DNA of 44,934 nucleotides, the filler included, from Jimgerdemannia flammicorona (lineage: Eukaryota): NCBI GenBank assembly GCA_003990765.1. It is 2 parts of 2 records of this genome, joined end to end, with 100 filler letters (N's around TTAATTAATTAA, not from the genome) between each part and the next. Parts side by side here need not be neighbours in the genome. Positions count along the whole stretch, not along the records: positions 1 to 22,424 come from RBNJ01001284.1; 1 more part is not named here. One strand, 5' to 3'. The translations under genes were made by a program, and so were the position numbers. A model generated the notes under the pieces. The model had not been told where the DNA came from. It was given only the letters and a program-made list of their open reading frames with translations, and did not search any database. Shown in pieces: positions 1 through 11,815 of this stretch. Within the stretch, counting starts at the first letter, position 1. Every line of letters begins with the position of its first letter.

Positions 1-315
1 AAAAAAAAAAAAAACTACATAAATAAATAAGAAGACATCATCCAAGAACCACTCTTTCTAGATGACTACTTTATCAGAGATGATATCATTGATGGTGATC
101 TTATTGAAGAATATTCAGACAGTATCTAAATCTATAAATAGCTTAGTAGTTATTAGTATAGTTAGATTAGCCTTATATAATATGACTGCATACTAACTCA
201 GCAGTTAGACAATCTCTTGACATATCAGTTCACACTTATACTATGTGACTATATTCCAACTCAGTAAGACACTAAGTGTTATATCCATATTTAGTATAGT
301 CTAGATAGTCCCTTA

Positions 316-1333
316 TTAATATAAATATCTACTCTTCCAGACTTCAGAAACTCAGATAAAAATACAGATAAGAATAACTCAAGAATACTTCCTCACACAC
401 AGTATCTCTTCACATACTATTTTTAATATAGTAATATCATAAATAGTGAATAAATCTATTTAATAACTTATAAACTACTCTTAAGTAAATATATACTCTA
501 TTAGATTTTACTCCTAACCAAGTCATGAAATTTCCTAATTAAGTATTGTCTGCAGCAATATGTCAATTCAACTAAGCTGGTCTTAGTTTCTTGAACTTTT
601 AAAATACAGAATCTCCTGAACATTTAGAATAAGTCTAAAAAAGAACATTGGTTGAGACATCAATTTAATCTTAAAATCAATAAGTATAGAGGATATACTC
701 TATATAAAATTGATCTTAACCTTAAGAAAATAGTCTTTCAGAATATCCAGAACTTCCAGAAAACCCTTCCAAAACTACATAATGGTACTCTAACAAAGTA
801 ATCCTCTTATACTCTAATTAGTATAAATATCTGCTCTCTCAGACCTCAGAAACTTAAATTTGAATAGATATGAATAGATAGAAATACAGATAAGAATCCA
901 GAAGAATACTTTTCCACACAAATATCTCTTCATATACTACTCCTAGTATAGTAATATTATGAATAGTAAATAAATCTATTTAATAATCTATAAACTACTC
1001 TTAAGTAAAACTGTACTCTATTAGGTCCCACTCTTAACTGAATCCTGAAATTTCCTAATTGGGTATTGTCTACAGTGATATGTCAATTCAACTAAGCTGG
1101 TCTTAGTTTCTTGAACTTTCTGAAATACAGAAAATCCTAAATATCTAGAATAAGTCTGAAAAAGAACTTTGATTGAGATGTCAACCTAATCTTGAAATCA
1201 ATAAGTATAGAGGACATACTCTATATAAAATTGATCTTGACCTTAAGAAAACAGTCTTCTAGAACATTTAGAACTTCTAGAAAACCCTTCCAGAACTATG
1301 TAACAGTACTCTAATAAAGTAACCCTTTTATAC
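316..1333. repeat. Tandem direct duplication of a ~500-bp AT-rich, CpG-depleted unit (~316-812 and ~817-1333), probably decayed transposon/LTR sequence
   Basis: Long shared blocks, e.g. TATGTCAATTCAACTAAGCTGGTCTTAGTTTCTTGAACTTT near 560 and 1080, and AAATCAATAAGTATAGAGGA near 675 and 1195. Differences are mostly transitions. Confidence 0.85.
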
Positions 1334-1557
1334 TAAGAGTCAAGAAGAGATATGAAAATTTACTGTACTTTTCAGATTATATTTCTGCTATATTATAATA
1401 GAAATAATAACTAAATATAGATTAAGTTTAATGACTTCTTTTAACTAATGTTATAGAATTTGAACTTTTAGATAAAGTTTCTTAATCTTAAATTCTGATT
1501 AATTAATAAAGTTAATAGATATATCTTTAGATAATATAGTAGCTGTCTTGAGTTTAC

Positions 1558-1878
1558 TTAACTTTTAAAATATTTAGTTATAATATATCCTATTTGATAA
1601 TAGAAGAAATAAGCTCTAGATTTTTTAAGATGTTCTTTTTCTTCAGAAGTAAGCTTGTGCTTTTTTTTATCAAGAGAGTCTAGATCCATAGAAGTAGATC
1701 CTACAGTTCTGAAGATTTCTTCACAATTGTAACAGTTCTTAAGATTTACCTTCTTGCAGTATTCAAGTTTAAAGTAATTTCTATAGATAAAAATATTAAA
1801 TCTATTGGTAATCCTCATAACCTCTTCTAAAGATTTAGATTCTTCTAACTTAATCTTGACTTGGATATTCCCTTTCAA
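1558..1878 (-). mobile_element. Hypermutated Ty3/gypsy-type gag C-terminal fragment
   Basis: GSTSMDLD...KLTSEEKEHLKKSRAYFFYYQIGYIITKYF fits the gypsy gag pattern PMDLD...LTxEE...CxxCxxxGHxxxxC, with C>Y, H>Y and P>S transition-type substitutions. Confidence 0.7.
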
Positions 1879-2074
1879 GCTTCAGATGTAATAGTCAATT
1901 TTGTATTTTCAAAGATATCAGGTAGTTTTAATAGAATTGACAGAAATTGTACATTATAACTTTGCACAGAATTGAGTTGTTTAACATTCACCAGCTTGTG
2001 GAGGGCTTCCTACAAATTGAGAGTCTGATTCCATCATGCAGCTGCACACAATGATTCATACAGTTCCGACATAC

Positions 2075-2837
2075 CTCTGAGATTTGGCGTGATTAAGGTC
2101 GTGTTCTGCTTCAGAGACTCAGTTAGGGTGCATGTCCCCTTGTGGCCGATTCTGTTGTCTGAACATGAACAGAGGATGGATGAACGAACATGCACAGATC
2201 ATGAGTTTGATTCCATCACAGTGCTTCACACAGTCCCGACATACATCCAAGGTTCAGCGTGGTCAAGGTCGTGTGCTGTTTGAGAGACTTGGGTAGGACG
2301 CGTGTCCCCTCGAGGCTGACGCTGTTCACTGAACATGAAGAGGAGATGGATGAGCGGATCGCACAGATCGAGAGCTTAATTTCATTGTGCAGCTGCCCGC
2401 AATGCTTCACATAGCTGACATACTTTCGAGATTCAGCGTGGTCAAGATCGTTTGCTGCTTCAAAGGTTCGGCTAGGGCGTGTGCCCCCTCGTAATGCTGT
2501 TGTCTGAACATGAACAGGGATGGGTGAACGAACACCCACGGATCGTGAGCTTGATTCCATCGTGTAGTTTTTCACACAGTTCGACATACCTTTGATATTC
2601 AGCGTTGTTAACGTCGTGTTCTTCAGAAACTCGGCTAGAGCGGCCACGAGCAATCTCACTACCTCGACATGCCCGCAATCCGCGGCATAGCGTAGCGGTA
2701 TCGATTCCCCGTTGTCCTTGGCGTTGGTATCCGCCCCGAACTCAGTCACGAGAAGCCTCGCAACTTCGATGTAGCCTCCCTTCGTAGCCGTGCAACGTGT
2801 CCATCCCCTGTTGTCCTTGGCGTTGATGTCTGCCCAA
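2075..2837 (-). pseudogene. Ankyrin-repeat + 28-aa LRR (RI/NLRC3-like) gene fragment; exons ~2837-2590, 2503-2424, 2328-2245, 2158-2075
   Basis: Two ankyrin repeats (GADINAKDNRG..GYIEVARLLV; GADTNAKDN..GHVEVVRLLV) run into LRRs (NSVSLEGTRVLPKSLKQHTTLTTLNLG). Two LRR exons are exactly 84 nt, flanked by GTATGT..CAG introns. One LRR exon is 80 nt, giving a frameshift. Confidence 0.8.
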
Positions 2838-3756
2838 TGATCTTCAAAAATATCTTTGCCTTTGCATTCCGTAAGTTGTTGATGAATTGGTCAACAAAGT
2901 CCATTCATTTTTTGAAGATACCCCCAAGATGACGAACCGACAATGGATGACCGCCTGAAAGGCGACTAACATTCATTGCATTGTCATCATTGATGTGATT
3001 TAAACGTTGAGATGCCCATTGCCGAAAGAGAGTGCAATTTTTAATGTTGCGAGAATTTTGATATTCTTCGATACTCGGTTGAAAATTCTGAACAAAGATT
3101 AGCACCCTTTTTTGGTCTCTGGGTCTCCCTCAGTTGTATGTTTGAGATCTTCCATATTGTCAAGATAAAACACCGCTTTCTAACTTGGCCATCACTGGAT
3201 TTTGTCGAGTCTTTGGCTCTTGATGTTGATGTCGAGAAATCCAGCAATCAGTGAGATTACTGAATCAGAGCTTGGGTTCCCAACAAGAGATATATCACCA
3301 ACACTTTGTCAGAGTGGGAGTTCTTGACCGCTTGGAATTGCCAATACCGTTTTGTACAATTATATTCTGCTTTTCAACCAACTATTTAATATGTAGTTGA
3401 TATCTTGCAGTGAACAGAATACAAAAGGCAAAACTGATGCTGAAAAAATTCAAGATGTAAAAAAAGTAAAAGAGGAAGCAGTTGTGATAAACAACATGAA
3501 CATGAAAGATAAAAATAAAATAATAAGATCACTCTAAAAGCATCCTACCATACATTTCCAAGCGAACAAGCCCACTCCACCGCTGTTTCAACGTTCAAGC
3601 AACCCTCCCAGCTCAAAAACAAAATGGACAAAAAAAAAAAAAAAAAAAAGGACAGAAGGCTTTTTACATAACGTGGTGCAAAAACAACTCACCCCATCAT
3701 AACCATGCCATCCGCCGAACCTCCCCTACAATTAATTCAATCCTTCCTGACTCACA

Positions 3757-5577
3757 TCACAGCATCTTCCTGCTCCTCCACATCTTTTTCTTAGTCGCGT
3801 ACTGTGTGATCAGTGGCTGCGTCGTCGACGACGTCGCTAGTATGTCCTCAATCCCCCCCGTCCCTTCCTCCGCCTCCAGCGCCTCTGAGAGTTCCGCCTC
3901 CTCTTTATCCTTGGATGAGGAGAGCGCAGGTGCTGGGATTGACGGCCAGAGCGTGCGTGGTTTCAGGTCCGTCAACGTGCTGGGACGTGTAGGAAGTGGG
4001 AAGAGGAAGGTTAGCACGTTGTTGTAGGGGTCAATAGGCGGATAAGCGGTCGGTATGGTTTTTGTGGAAAAAAAAAAAAAAGGATGAAAAGGGTTTACCT
4101 ATCCTGTGGGTCATTATAGAAGCTTGGACTTATGGGTACTCTCCTGTTACGACTTGATGAGAATATGATATCGTTAAAAGGCAGTCATGTATCCAGTACA
4201 AGTCCCAGAAGCAGCCATACACTCAACACGCATGCACCCTACCGCTCATAGCCAAGCAAACTCACAGTATGATTGCAAACTTTTCCTTCGCCGCGTCCCT
4301 CACCACCGCCGCCGCCTTCCTTCCTACCACCCCTTTTCCCTTCCCCGTCTCCACGAACGGGTTCCCCAGCAACTCGAGCGTCGCCTCTGGCATATTCCCT
4401 GCCGACGGCGTGGTCGCCCGACCCCTCGCGCCATACCTCGGCCCGCCCGCCGAATCCCTCGACGGCGTTCGCGGTGACTTCTGAATCCGCCTCGCCGAAG
4501 CCTTGGGAGTTTCAAACAGCCTCTCGCCTTCTACGGAGGATCCCGTATCTTCGCCGGTTTTTCGCTTGGGGGACGTGCCAACGGGTGTCGTGACGCGATC
4601 CTCGCTGAGGGACCGACAACGACGGCGCTGATTCGGGCTCGGAGAGGGCGCCGTCGCGAGCTTGCGGTGTTTTCTGCCAGCGGAGGTTGAGCCCTCAGCC
4701 TTGGCGAGCGACTCGGAGGGAGAGGGCGAGACGCAGGCGTCGTTAGGGCGCTTGCGCATGCGAGTGGCGTAACGCTGGGTCCTGGAGGTCGAGGGAGTCG
4801 TTGGCTGAGGCGGCATGGTAGGGTCCGCGTCTGGGGTCCGAGTAGACCTTCTGCAAGCGCGCGAGCGGGTGTCGGAGGTGGTGGCTGGGATGGGGTACTG
4901 GTTTTCGTCATCGTTGGAGACGGTGTGGGGCGTGTGCGGGGTCGCGTGGGCGGGTGGAGTGGGTGTGGGTGGGCCGGGCCAGAGGAGCCTGGGTTTGTAG
5001 GTTATCGCAGGTTCTCCGGGGAACTGCGGGCTATTGTGCGAGGGGATTAGAGCAAGTTAATGTTTGCATCGTCTGTAACTTGATATTGTATCCCAGGTAG
5101 AGTGAACAAGCAGGCAGGGAAAGTTACCTATCTGGAACGTTGTCAAATGCTAGCTTCCTTCCGCGTCTGAATACGCGTTCAAAATGAAGACAAAATAAAT
5201 GGCCAAAATAAACAAACAACAATCCGCACCTAAAGCCCGCCATCGTCGTAACGAAACACCTACTTCACATAGGTTGTCTTGCCGGGCGTCAGTCTTGGCT
5301 TCACTCTAGCCTTCTTCCTGGGCGCTGCCGGGCAAACGGGTTTCTGTTCGATGAAGGGATTTTCCAGGTCGGAGACTTCCTGATCGGCCGGATCACCAGC
5401 ACCACTGTTGATGCTTCTGCCGTAAATGATCTCTGGGCTGCTGTCCGGCTGCTCTCTGGAACGGTGGGAGCGCGAGCCGTAGCCGACGGGACCTGGGGCA
5501 TTAGGGACAGGCAACGGGGGCGTGCGATTCGGAGGGGTCCGCCACAGGTCGGGGTTGTCTTGGTCGGGCGTGACCAT
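3757..5577 (-). CDS. Rum1/Sic1-like CDK inhibitor with two inhibitory modules, ~464 aa; exons 5577-5264, 5166-5128, 5030-4266, 4152-4099, 3979-3757
   Basis: Four phase-2 GT-AG introns give a continuous 1395-nt frame. Motifs NPF..TTYVKRGRK..KPRLLW and NPF..IILRNRRV..KPRTLW resemble S. pombe Rum1 NPF..YYVFRGKR..KPKLLF. Many S/T-P sites. The acceptor at 4153 (AAG) could instead be 4144 (CAG), in the same frame. Confidence 0.7.
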
Positions 5578-6303
5578 TGCTCAAGGAAGGAACAACAAAG
5601 TGGTGGCGTGGGGAGGATCAATCGTCAGGAAATGAATGATGGAATTCAGGTCGCTGATCACGTAAAGCATTACCCACCCAAATTAAAGTAGCTTATAAAA
5701 TCTCATAATTAGAAATGGTATAGAAATACAGAAATTTTAGTATACCTTATTTTTGTAATAGTTTGCAGACAAACAGTTATCTCGATCACTATGCACTTGC
5801 ACATTGCACACCTTTCTCGTTCAACCTATTACGACTGCACAGTTTAGGGGTATTCTTTATAGTTCTTCGAGCTGTGTGAATCTCAGACACCGTAACCCAC
5901 AACCGCCTAGCTATTTTAAAAATATCTCATAATGGAGTCGGAGGTAATGTTAACACCCAATGTGACATTCCAATTACAAGTATCTATCCAAATGAATTGT
6001 CAGTCGAAAAGATGCTTAGCGTCATCGTCAAAGGTAAAAAAGGTATGTTTTAGAATACACCTTAGGAGGGATATAGAGAATGAGAATATGGAAACGTGGA
6101 GCGAAAATATGGAAATCATATTTCGTAATCGTTGTCAAGTATAAGCACACAATCACACAATGGAGATACAAGCGATTAAATGCAATCAACCTTAAAGTTA
6201 TTCCAATATAAACTAGTAAAGGTGGCCAGGCACAGGACCGTGACCGTTGGTCAGTTGGTACCCGCACAGATAGTAGGGCTCATTCCTCGAAACTGGGTCA
6301 TTC

Positions 6304-6945
6304 TTACAAATAGGCTAAAGATAGGCTATGAATGTTGGTTACGAATTTTGACGAAAGAACTATAAACCTACAAATTTGCATCATGCTCGGACCCTTTTCA
6401 TCGCACGAACAAATGCCGGGAAAGCAGACAGTTTCCTTTTCTGACGAAGTAATCCTATCTCGAATGTATTCGTATTGCACGTGGGCTGAATATTTTTTGG
6501 TCGCAAGACTAGTAGAATGTGCCATAGCACCTTGATCAGATATCTTCAGGAAACTTATCTTCAGGAAACTTGCCTTAAGATCTAAGAAAATTGTTTTCTC
6601 GTGTGCAATTTCATGTATTCGCCTTCTGAAAGCCTCTTCAAGTATGTAATTTGACTGTAGTACACCTGTGACGAACAGTATGTTTGTTGGTGATCCCTTC
6701 ACGTCGAACATGGATTCACAGATCGTTTTGAAGGCATTCCGTCCTTGGCATCATCTTTGAAGAGGAATTGATTAATCTTTTGTTCCCTATGGTTATGGAA
6801 GATGTCATATAAATTTTAAATGCTAGACAACCACACTACTTACCGAAGATCAAGATCCCAGGCTTGAAAATCAGCACCAATATTAATAGCATGTAGTTTG
6901 CTCATTTCCTCCTTCAAAATAGCATCAATCCTCCTCAACTCTGAA
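6304..6945 (-). pseudogene. Degraded coding remnant, possibly the C-terminal part of another HSPA12/Hsp70-like gene
   Basis: ILFVTGVLQSNYILEEAFRRRI...SDQGAMA loosely resembles the Hsp70 adenosine/connect-2 segments. There is a GTAAGT..TAG intron near 6845-6788 and frame breaks. Confidence 0.3.
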
Positions 6946-7685
6946 ATTTCATGCTCATTCACGATAAAGTTACAGTAAGTACATATTACAAACTCGTGCT
7001 TTCGAAATTCAACCTACCCCTAGTCTCTGCCTCCATTCAGTTTCATCATCTACCTCTAGTCTCTGCCTCTGTTCAGTTTCATCCTCATATTTATCGAGGA
7101 TCCATTACGCGCCTTGGCGCGGTAGTAAGAGCATTGTCTTGCTGCCGGCTCGTGAGATTCGCGAAGATAGCTTGAAAAAGTTGAATGCTGTTTTTTTTTT
7201 TTTTTTTTCTAATATACTTCAGTCTTCCGCGAAATACTTTTATCTGTTTATGTGTCGAACTTCAGCCCAAATGTTGTACCAATGCAACAGCCCCAAGACA
7301 TAAAGACATTTCAGTTGTTATTGCTTATTGCGCCAAAGAACTTTGTATACCATACGGAGTTTGGTTCGCACTGAATTCGAACCCCCACCAACCCTATTAA
7401 AACTCATAGCATGCAAACACATTAAATGTCTAACAGGTTTGCTATTAGATGAATGGCGCACAGATTGTGGCCGTTTCTGTCATCAACATATGCCGCATTG
7501 TGTTCCCAAACATTCTGCACAATAAGGTTCGCATATGAAGATCTTAACTGGCAATATGTGAATTTCGTAGATAGTGTTCAAAGATCAAGAACGGAAGTAA
7601 AATTCTCCGCCTGGGAAAATCATTTGCTCGTGTCACTTGGGCTTAAAAACACATTGTAGTCTCAGTACTTCTAATTATTGCAAAA

Positions 7686-9843
7686 ATGCCTCAAGAACAC
7701 CACCACTGGTGTTTTCCGCAATATACTCAAGCGCAAAACGTATATTTTCATCTGCACCATAGATTTTGGCACAAGTGGTACGGGGTTCTGCTATGTAGTC
7801 CTTGACAATAGTACAATAGATCTCAAGCGAGACATTATTACGAATCCTGACTGGTACGTATCTACGTATTGTTACTTGTGAACATATTCACTTTCAGATT
7901 TGCTAACAGATGTTTCCGTCTTCCTGTTAGGCCGGATAACCATGGGCGAGGCAAAACAAATACCTCCATCATTCTTGATGAGAAAACCAATGACTGTATC
8001 AGATTCGGCACTGATGCCAAAAACTCTGCCAGTGGCTTTGCTTTCCAGCAACAAGGAAGATTCTTTGAGCTGTTCAAGATGCGATTGTACAGGAACAAAC
8101 CGGACACACCATTTGTCGTCAAGGATACGGCAAACAATGAAATTGATGCTATTATCGTTTTCCAAGAGTCGTTTAGCTTCATAAAACAAGGTATATATAT
8201 CATTAATGGAAATCCACAACATACCCACGAAATGCCTGTTAACTTTGACTGGAAATTAGTATTTTTGATCATCTCAGAAAGAAAGCCATTTCCTGCTCTG
8301 AGACAGACGTCTTCTGGGTTTTGACGATTCCTGCAATTTGGGATGATGGTGCCAAACTACTAATGCGTAAGGCTGCAAGTGCTGCGGGATTGGAAAAAGA
8401 AGACGGCCAACTGGTGCTCGCATTGGAGCCAGAAGCCGCGTCTCTTTGGTGCCTTGCAAGCCGTGGAATCCCTTTGAAAAGATATTTACATGGTCGTCGA
8501 TTGTGGAGGTAGTACTGTGGATACCACAATCCATGAAGTAGAGCGAGAACACGAGCAACATACACTAGTGAAAGAAGGTATGCATAGTGCTACTCGCTTT
8601 AAAGAAAATTTTCATTTTCACACTTTGCTAATATTTTATGTATTACACAGTTGCGCCTGCCAGTGGTGGAGACTGGGGATCGAATACCATTAACCGTTTG
8701 GTGTTTAAATTGGTCGAAGAGGTTTTCGGTTCCAACCGATACCAAAATATGATGAACGATCCCCTTGGTCACACACAACTACAAGATAGTGTTGAGAGAG
8801 CCAAATGCTCGTTCAACGGCGATAACGATGGTGTCATCCAACTTCCTGATTCACTGTTGTATTCTACAAGGAGCTATTCCATTCAAGCTATCGAAAATTA
8901 CAACCGAATGAATCAGACGAAGCTTATGTTGAAAGGTAAGCCAATGCAGCATATGCATTGATCATTTACCTTTATTTTATTTTTATTTTTATAGTTCTGA
9001 CAATATGAATTCTACAGGCACAACCTTCTAATTCCGGCGGCGATATTCTCGAGATTCATCAGTTCAGCCATACTCTCGATCGTAAAGCACGTGCAAGGCC
9101 TGTTGTGGCGACATAAGAAGATCAAATATGTCGTGATGGTGGGAAACTTTTCCAACTGCGTTCCATTACAAAAGCAAATGCAGAATGTTATAGACGAATT
9201 CAAAGCCACGCTAGTTATCCCAGACCAACCGTGCGATGCAATTATGAAAGGTGCTGTAATCTACGGGTTGGATCCCTCTTCTGTTAGCTCTCGTCGTGCC
9301 AGAAAAACCTATGGTGTGAAGACGCTTACACGATTTGACGATGAGGTACACCCCATAGAGCGGCTTGTGACCAAAGATGATACGAGATATTGCTCAGATG
9401 TGTTTGAAGTGTTTGTAAAAAAGAATGAGATAATTCCTTCAGGTCACATCGTGGAACGTAGAATTTTGAAGGTCGAAAAGGAACAAACACAGATAACAAT
9501 AGAGATTCTAGTCTCTGACGAAGACGTGCCTCCACTATATACCGACCACTCCTCTGTAAAAGTTATTGGAAACCATACCGTCAACATTCCAATGAATGGA
9601 ACTGGAAGGTAAGATTATTATTAGGCTTTATTTTATTTTTCACTTGAATAACCTGATCTTATTAAAATCTCGCTTATGTCTAGAATTGCTACGGGAATGT
9701 TATTTGGTGACACAGAAAAAGTATACATGAGCTTGGCGAGGAAGTGGAAACTAATTTGGAGTTTTGAGCTTAGTGACGATGTTGTACATATAGTTTTCAA
9801 TGAGTTGTCGGCAGCCACCGCCTGTAAGTCATCGCTATTGTGA
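7686..9843 (+). pseudogene. HSPA12-type (atypical Hsp70, actin-like ATPase) gene with several frameshifts
   Basis: Motifs [77 protein letters not shown] and MLFGDTE. Introns 7854-7930, 8191-8259, 8578-8650, 8936-9017, 9609-9683. Frameshift near 8480, phase mismatch across two introns, and the ATG at 7686 is out of frame with IDFGT. Confidence 0.85.
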
Positions 9844-9879
9844 AGTGCGATCTAAAATATGGAAAGACTATCTGAAACC

Positions 9880-9926
<47 letters not shown>

Positions 9927-10399
9927 TTTTATGTGTGCTCTCTGACTTAAATATTGATGTGTATGGAAACCAAATTCGAATATCGTTTATTCCGATGCCA
10001 CAACAAAGCTGCGCCATGGAGTACCTACCCAACCCGGGAGTTGGCATAAAGATTCACCAACAGGTTTACTATCTATTCTAGACTCGCATAACCAAATAAT
10101 AGGGGTTTCACGTCAGTTCCAGTCAGCCAGTCAAATCAAATCAGCCTTCTCTCCAGCTTGGCGGTATTTTCCCATGTTTAGTCAGACTGAAGCGGAAAGG
10201 AGCTCTCCATCCGCATTGAGACCTGAAAAATTCTATGAACTGATTTACCCTAGAAAGGGGAATGTTTACAATAAATATGTCATACAAATAGTGCTCCGCA
10301 TGCACATCACCCGGTGTCGTGATCTTGCCATGATCCATGGCGACGATAGATTAATGAGCTGGGAGCTTAGCAACGAAAGGCGATGACAGGCATGATCGA

Positions 10400-10530
10400 A
10401 AAAAGAAATGCTCGGCTTATATTGAGGATCGGCCCCTTCAGCTGCACGCTGACCTCGTTAGCGAAGGCCTCGGCACTGGCGAGGCTAGATAAGTCCAATT
10501 TGTAGTAGCATGTGGTTCATGTGTACTTCT
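10400..10530 (-). pseudogene. Possible short-chain dehydrogenase/reductase fragment
   Basis: The minus strand translates YKLDLSSLASAEAFANEV, resembling the LDLssl.Sv..fa motif of retinol dehydrogenase/WWOX-like SDRs. No complete gene is visible. Confidence 0.3.
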
Positions 10531-11722
10531 GAGTCGGGTTTAAAGGGGGCCCGGCAGGACAGGCGTATTTGAGCGCATAACTTCAGCGGTGTCGCCTTCG
10601 AAGCTGCCCCGGGACGGTACAACGGCTTGGCGGAGGACAGCAAACATGAAGTACTGTTCGTGTCGTTCGATTGCTCTCAAGGCATTCAAGATTCTGCGTG
10701 GCGGACACATGAAGCTCGTCATTCACAGAATCGACATGTTTCTGGTGTATAGTGCTGACAACCTAAGTCATGAAGATTATTTAATTTAAGCTCTGGTTAT
10801 GCTCTAACAGAGCTGTAAAAGTAAAAACTTTTGTTAAGTACGTAAGATTATGCTAACAAAACAGGATAATATATCCTAATATAGTTATTAACCCTATATT
10901 ACTATATTTGGTAATAACCATGAGTTAAAAATCATGATTAACATTATATTATTGATACACCAAGCCATGTAATTATGTGACGTGGTTTTATGATGAATAT
11001 CCCTACCAGACTTCCTCCTTTGTTACATATATGTCATAACAACGAAGTATAACCTGTCGTCGTTTTGCGCCAACCCAATTGTCAATTAAGACCTGCACGT
11101 TAGCAATACGCTGAGGCCGAGCAAGTGCATCGTAGAGGTTGAAAATAAAAGCCAAATTACACATTTTGCTCTGTACACGGTGGAAATGTGCTCATGTTTT
11201 TCTACAAACAATATAATCGGAATGGAACTCACGCCAAATAGGGCCAGTTTCGAAAAACAAGCACTTGTGGTCGGCGATCTCGTCTCGCATATCGCGAGGG
11301 ACCCGTGCAACCGGGCTCCAGATACACAGGAGGAAGAACCGGTTTTGAGGGCTGGGCAGATGAGCATTCGGCATGCCTCGAACAAGAAGCCTACAACTGG
11401 TACCAATGAAAGAATTCAGGTTTCCGTAGAATTTAAAGAAATTCGATGGTACGGAAGGATCCCGTTTCCGGAAGGGGTCGGCGGCTTCTCCTAGAGGATA
11501 CCAAATGAATATATACGTTCTCAGCAAGTATCCTCCGAGGCAGTATGTAGATATTCATTGCTTACATAGTACACGCACTTCCCGAATGTCTTTCAGCTCA
11601 GGCCCCGTTTTCAGGATTGTTTTCTGTGCTCCTACATTTAACATAGAATGGCGACCTCTGCTGTAGCTCAAGACATTGAAGAAAGCTTGTAATTAGGGCA
11701 AACGTGTTTCGGATGTCCCTCA

Positions 11723-11747
11723 TGACGTCATCCAGCTACCGCACGTG
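11723..11747. promoter_or_regulatory. CRE palindrome TGACGTCA (11723-11730) and E-box CACGTG (11742-11747) upstream of the IPMK gene
   Basis: Exact motifs 70-95 bp upstream of the ATG at 11816. Function untested. Confidence 0.4.
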
Positions 11748-11815
11748 GCAACCCACATTAAAAGGAGGCACACAAGCTGCTTCCTCCACCTTCCCACGAC
11801 GCCCGGCCCGCCCAC

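Noticed and set aside
9881..9925. Long poly-T/poly-A tracts (also ~3630, 22345-22424, 39029-39052) as retroposon tails
   Set aside because: Common throughout, including in introns, and no TSDs or linked element were identified.
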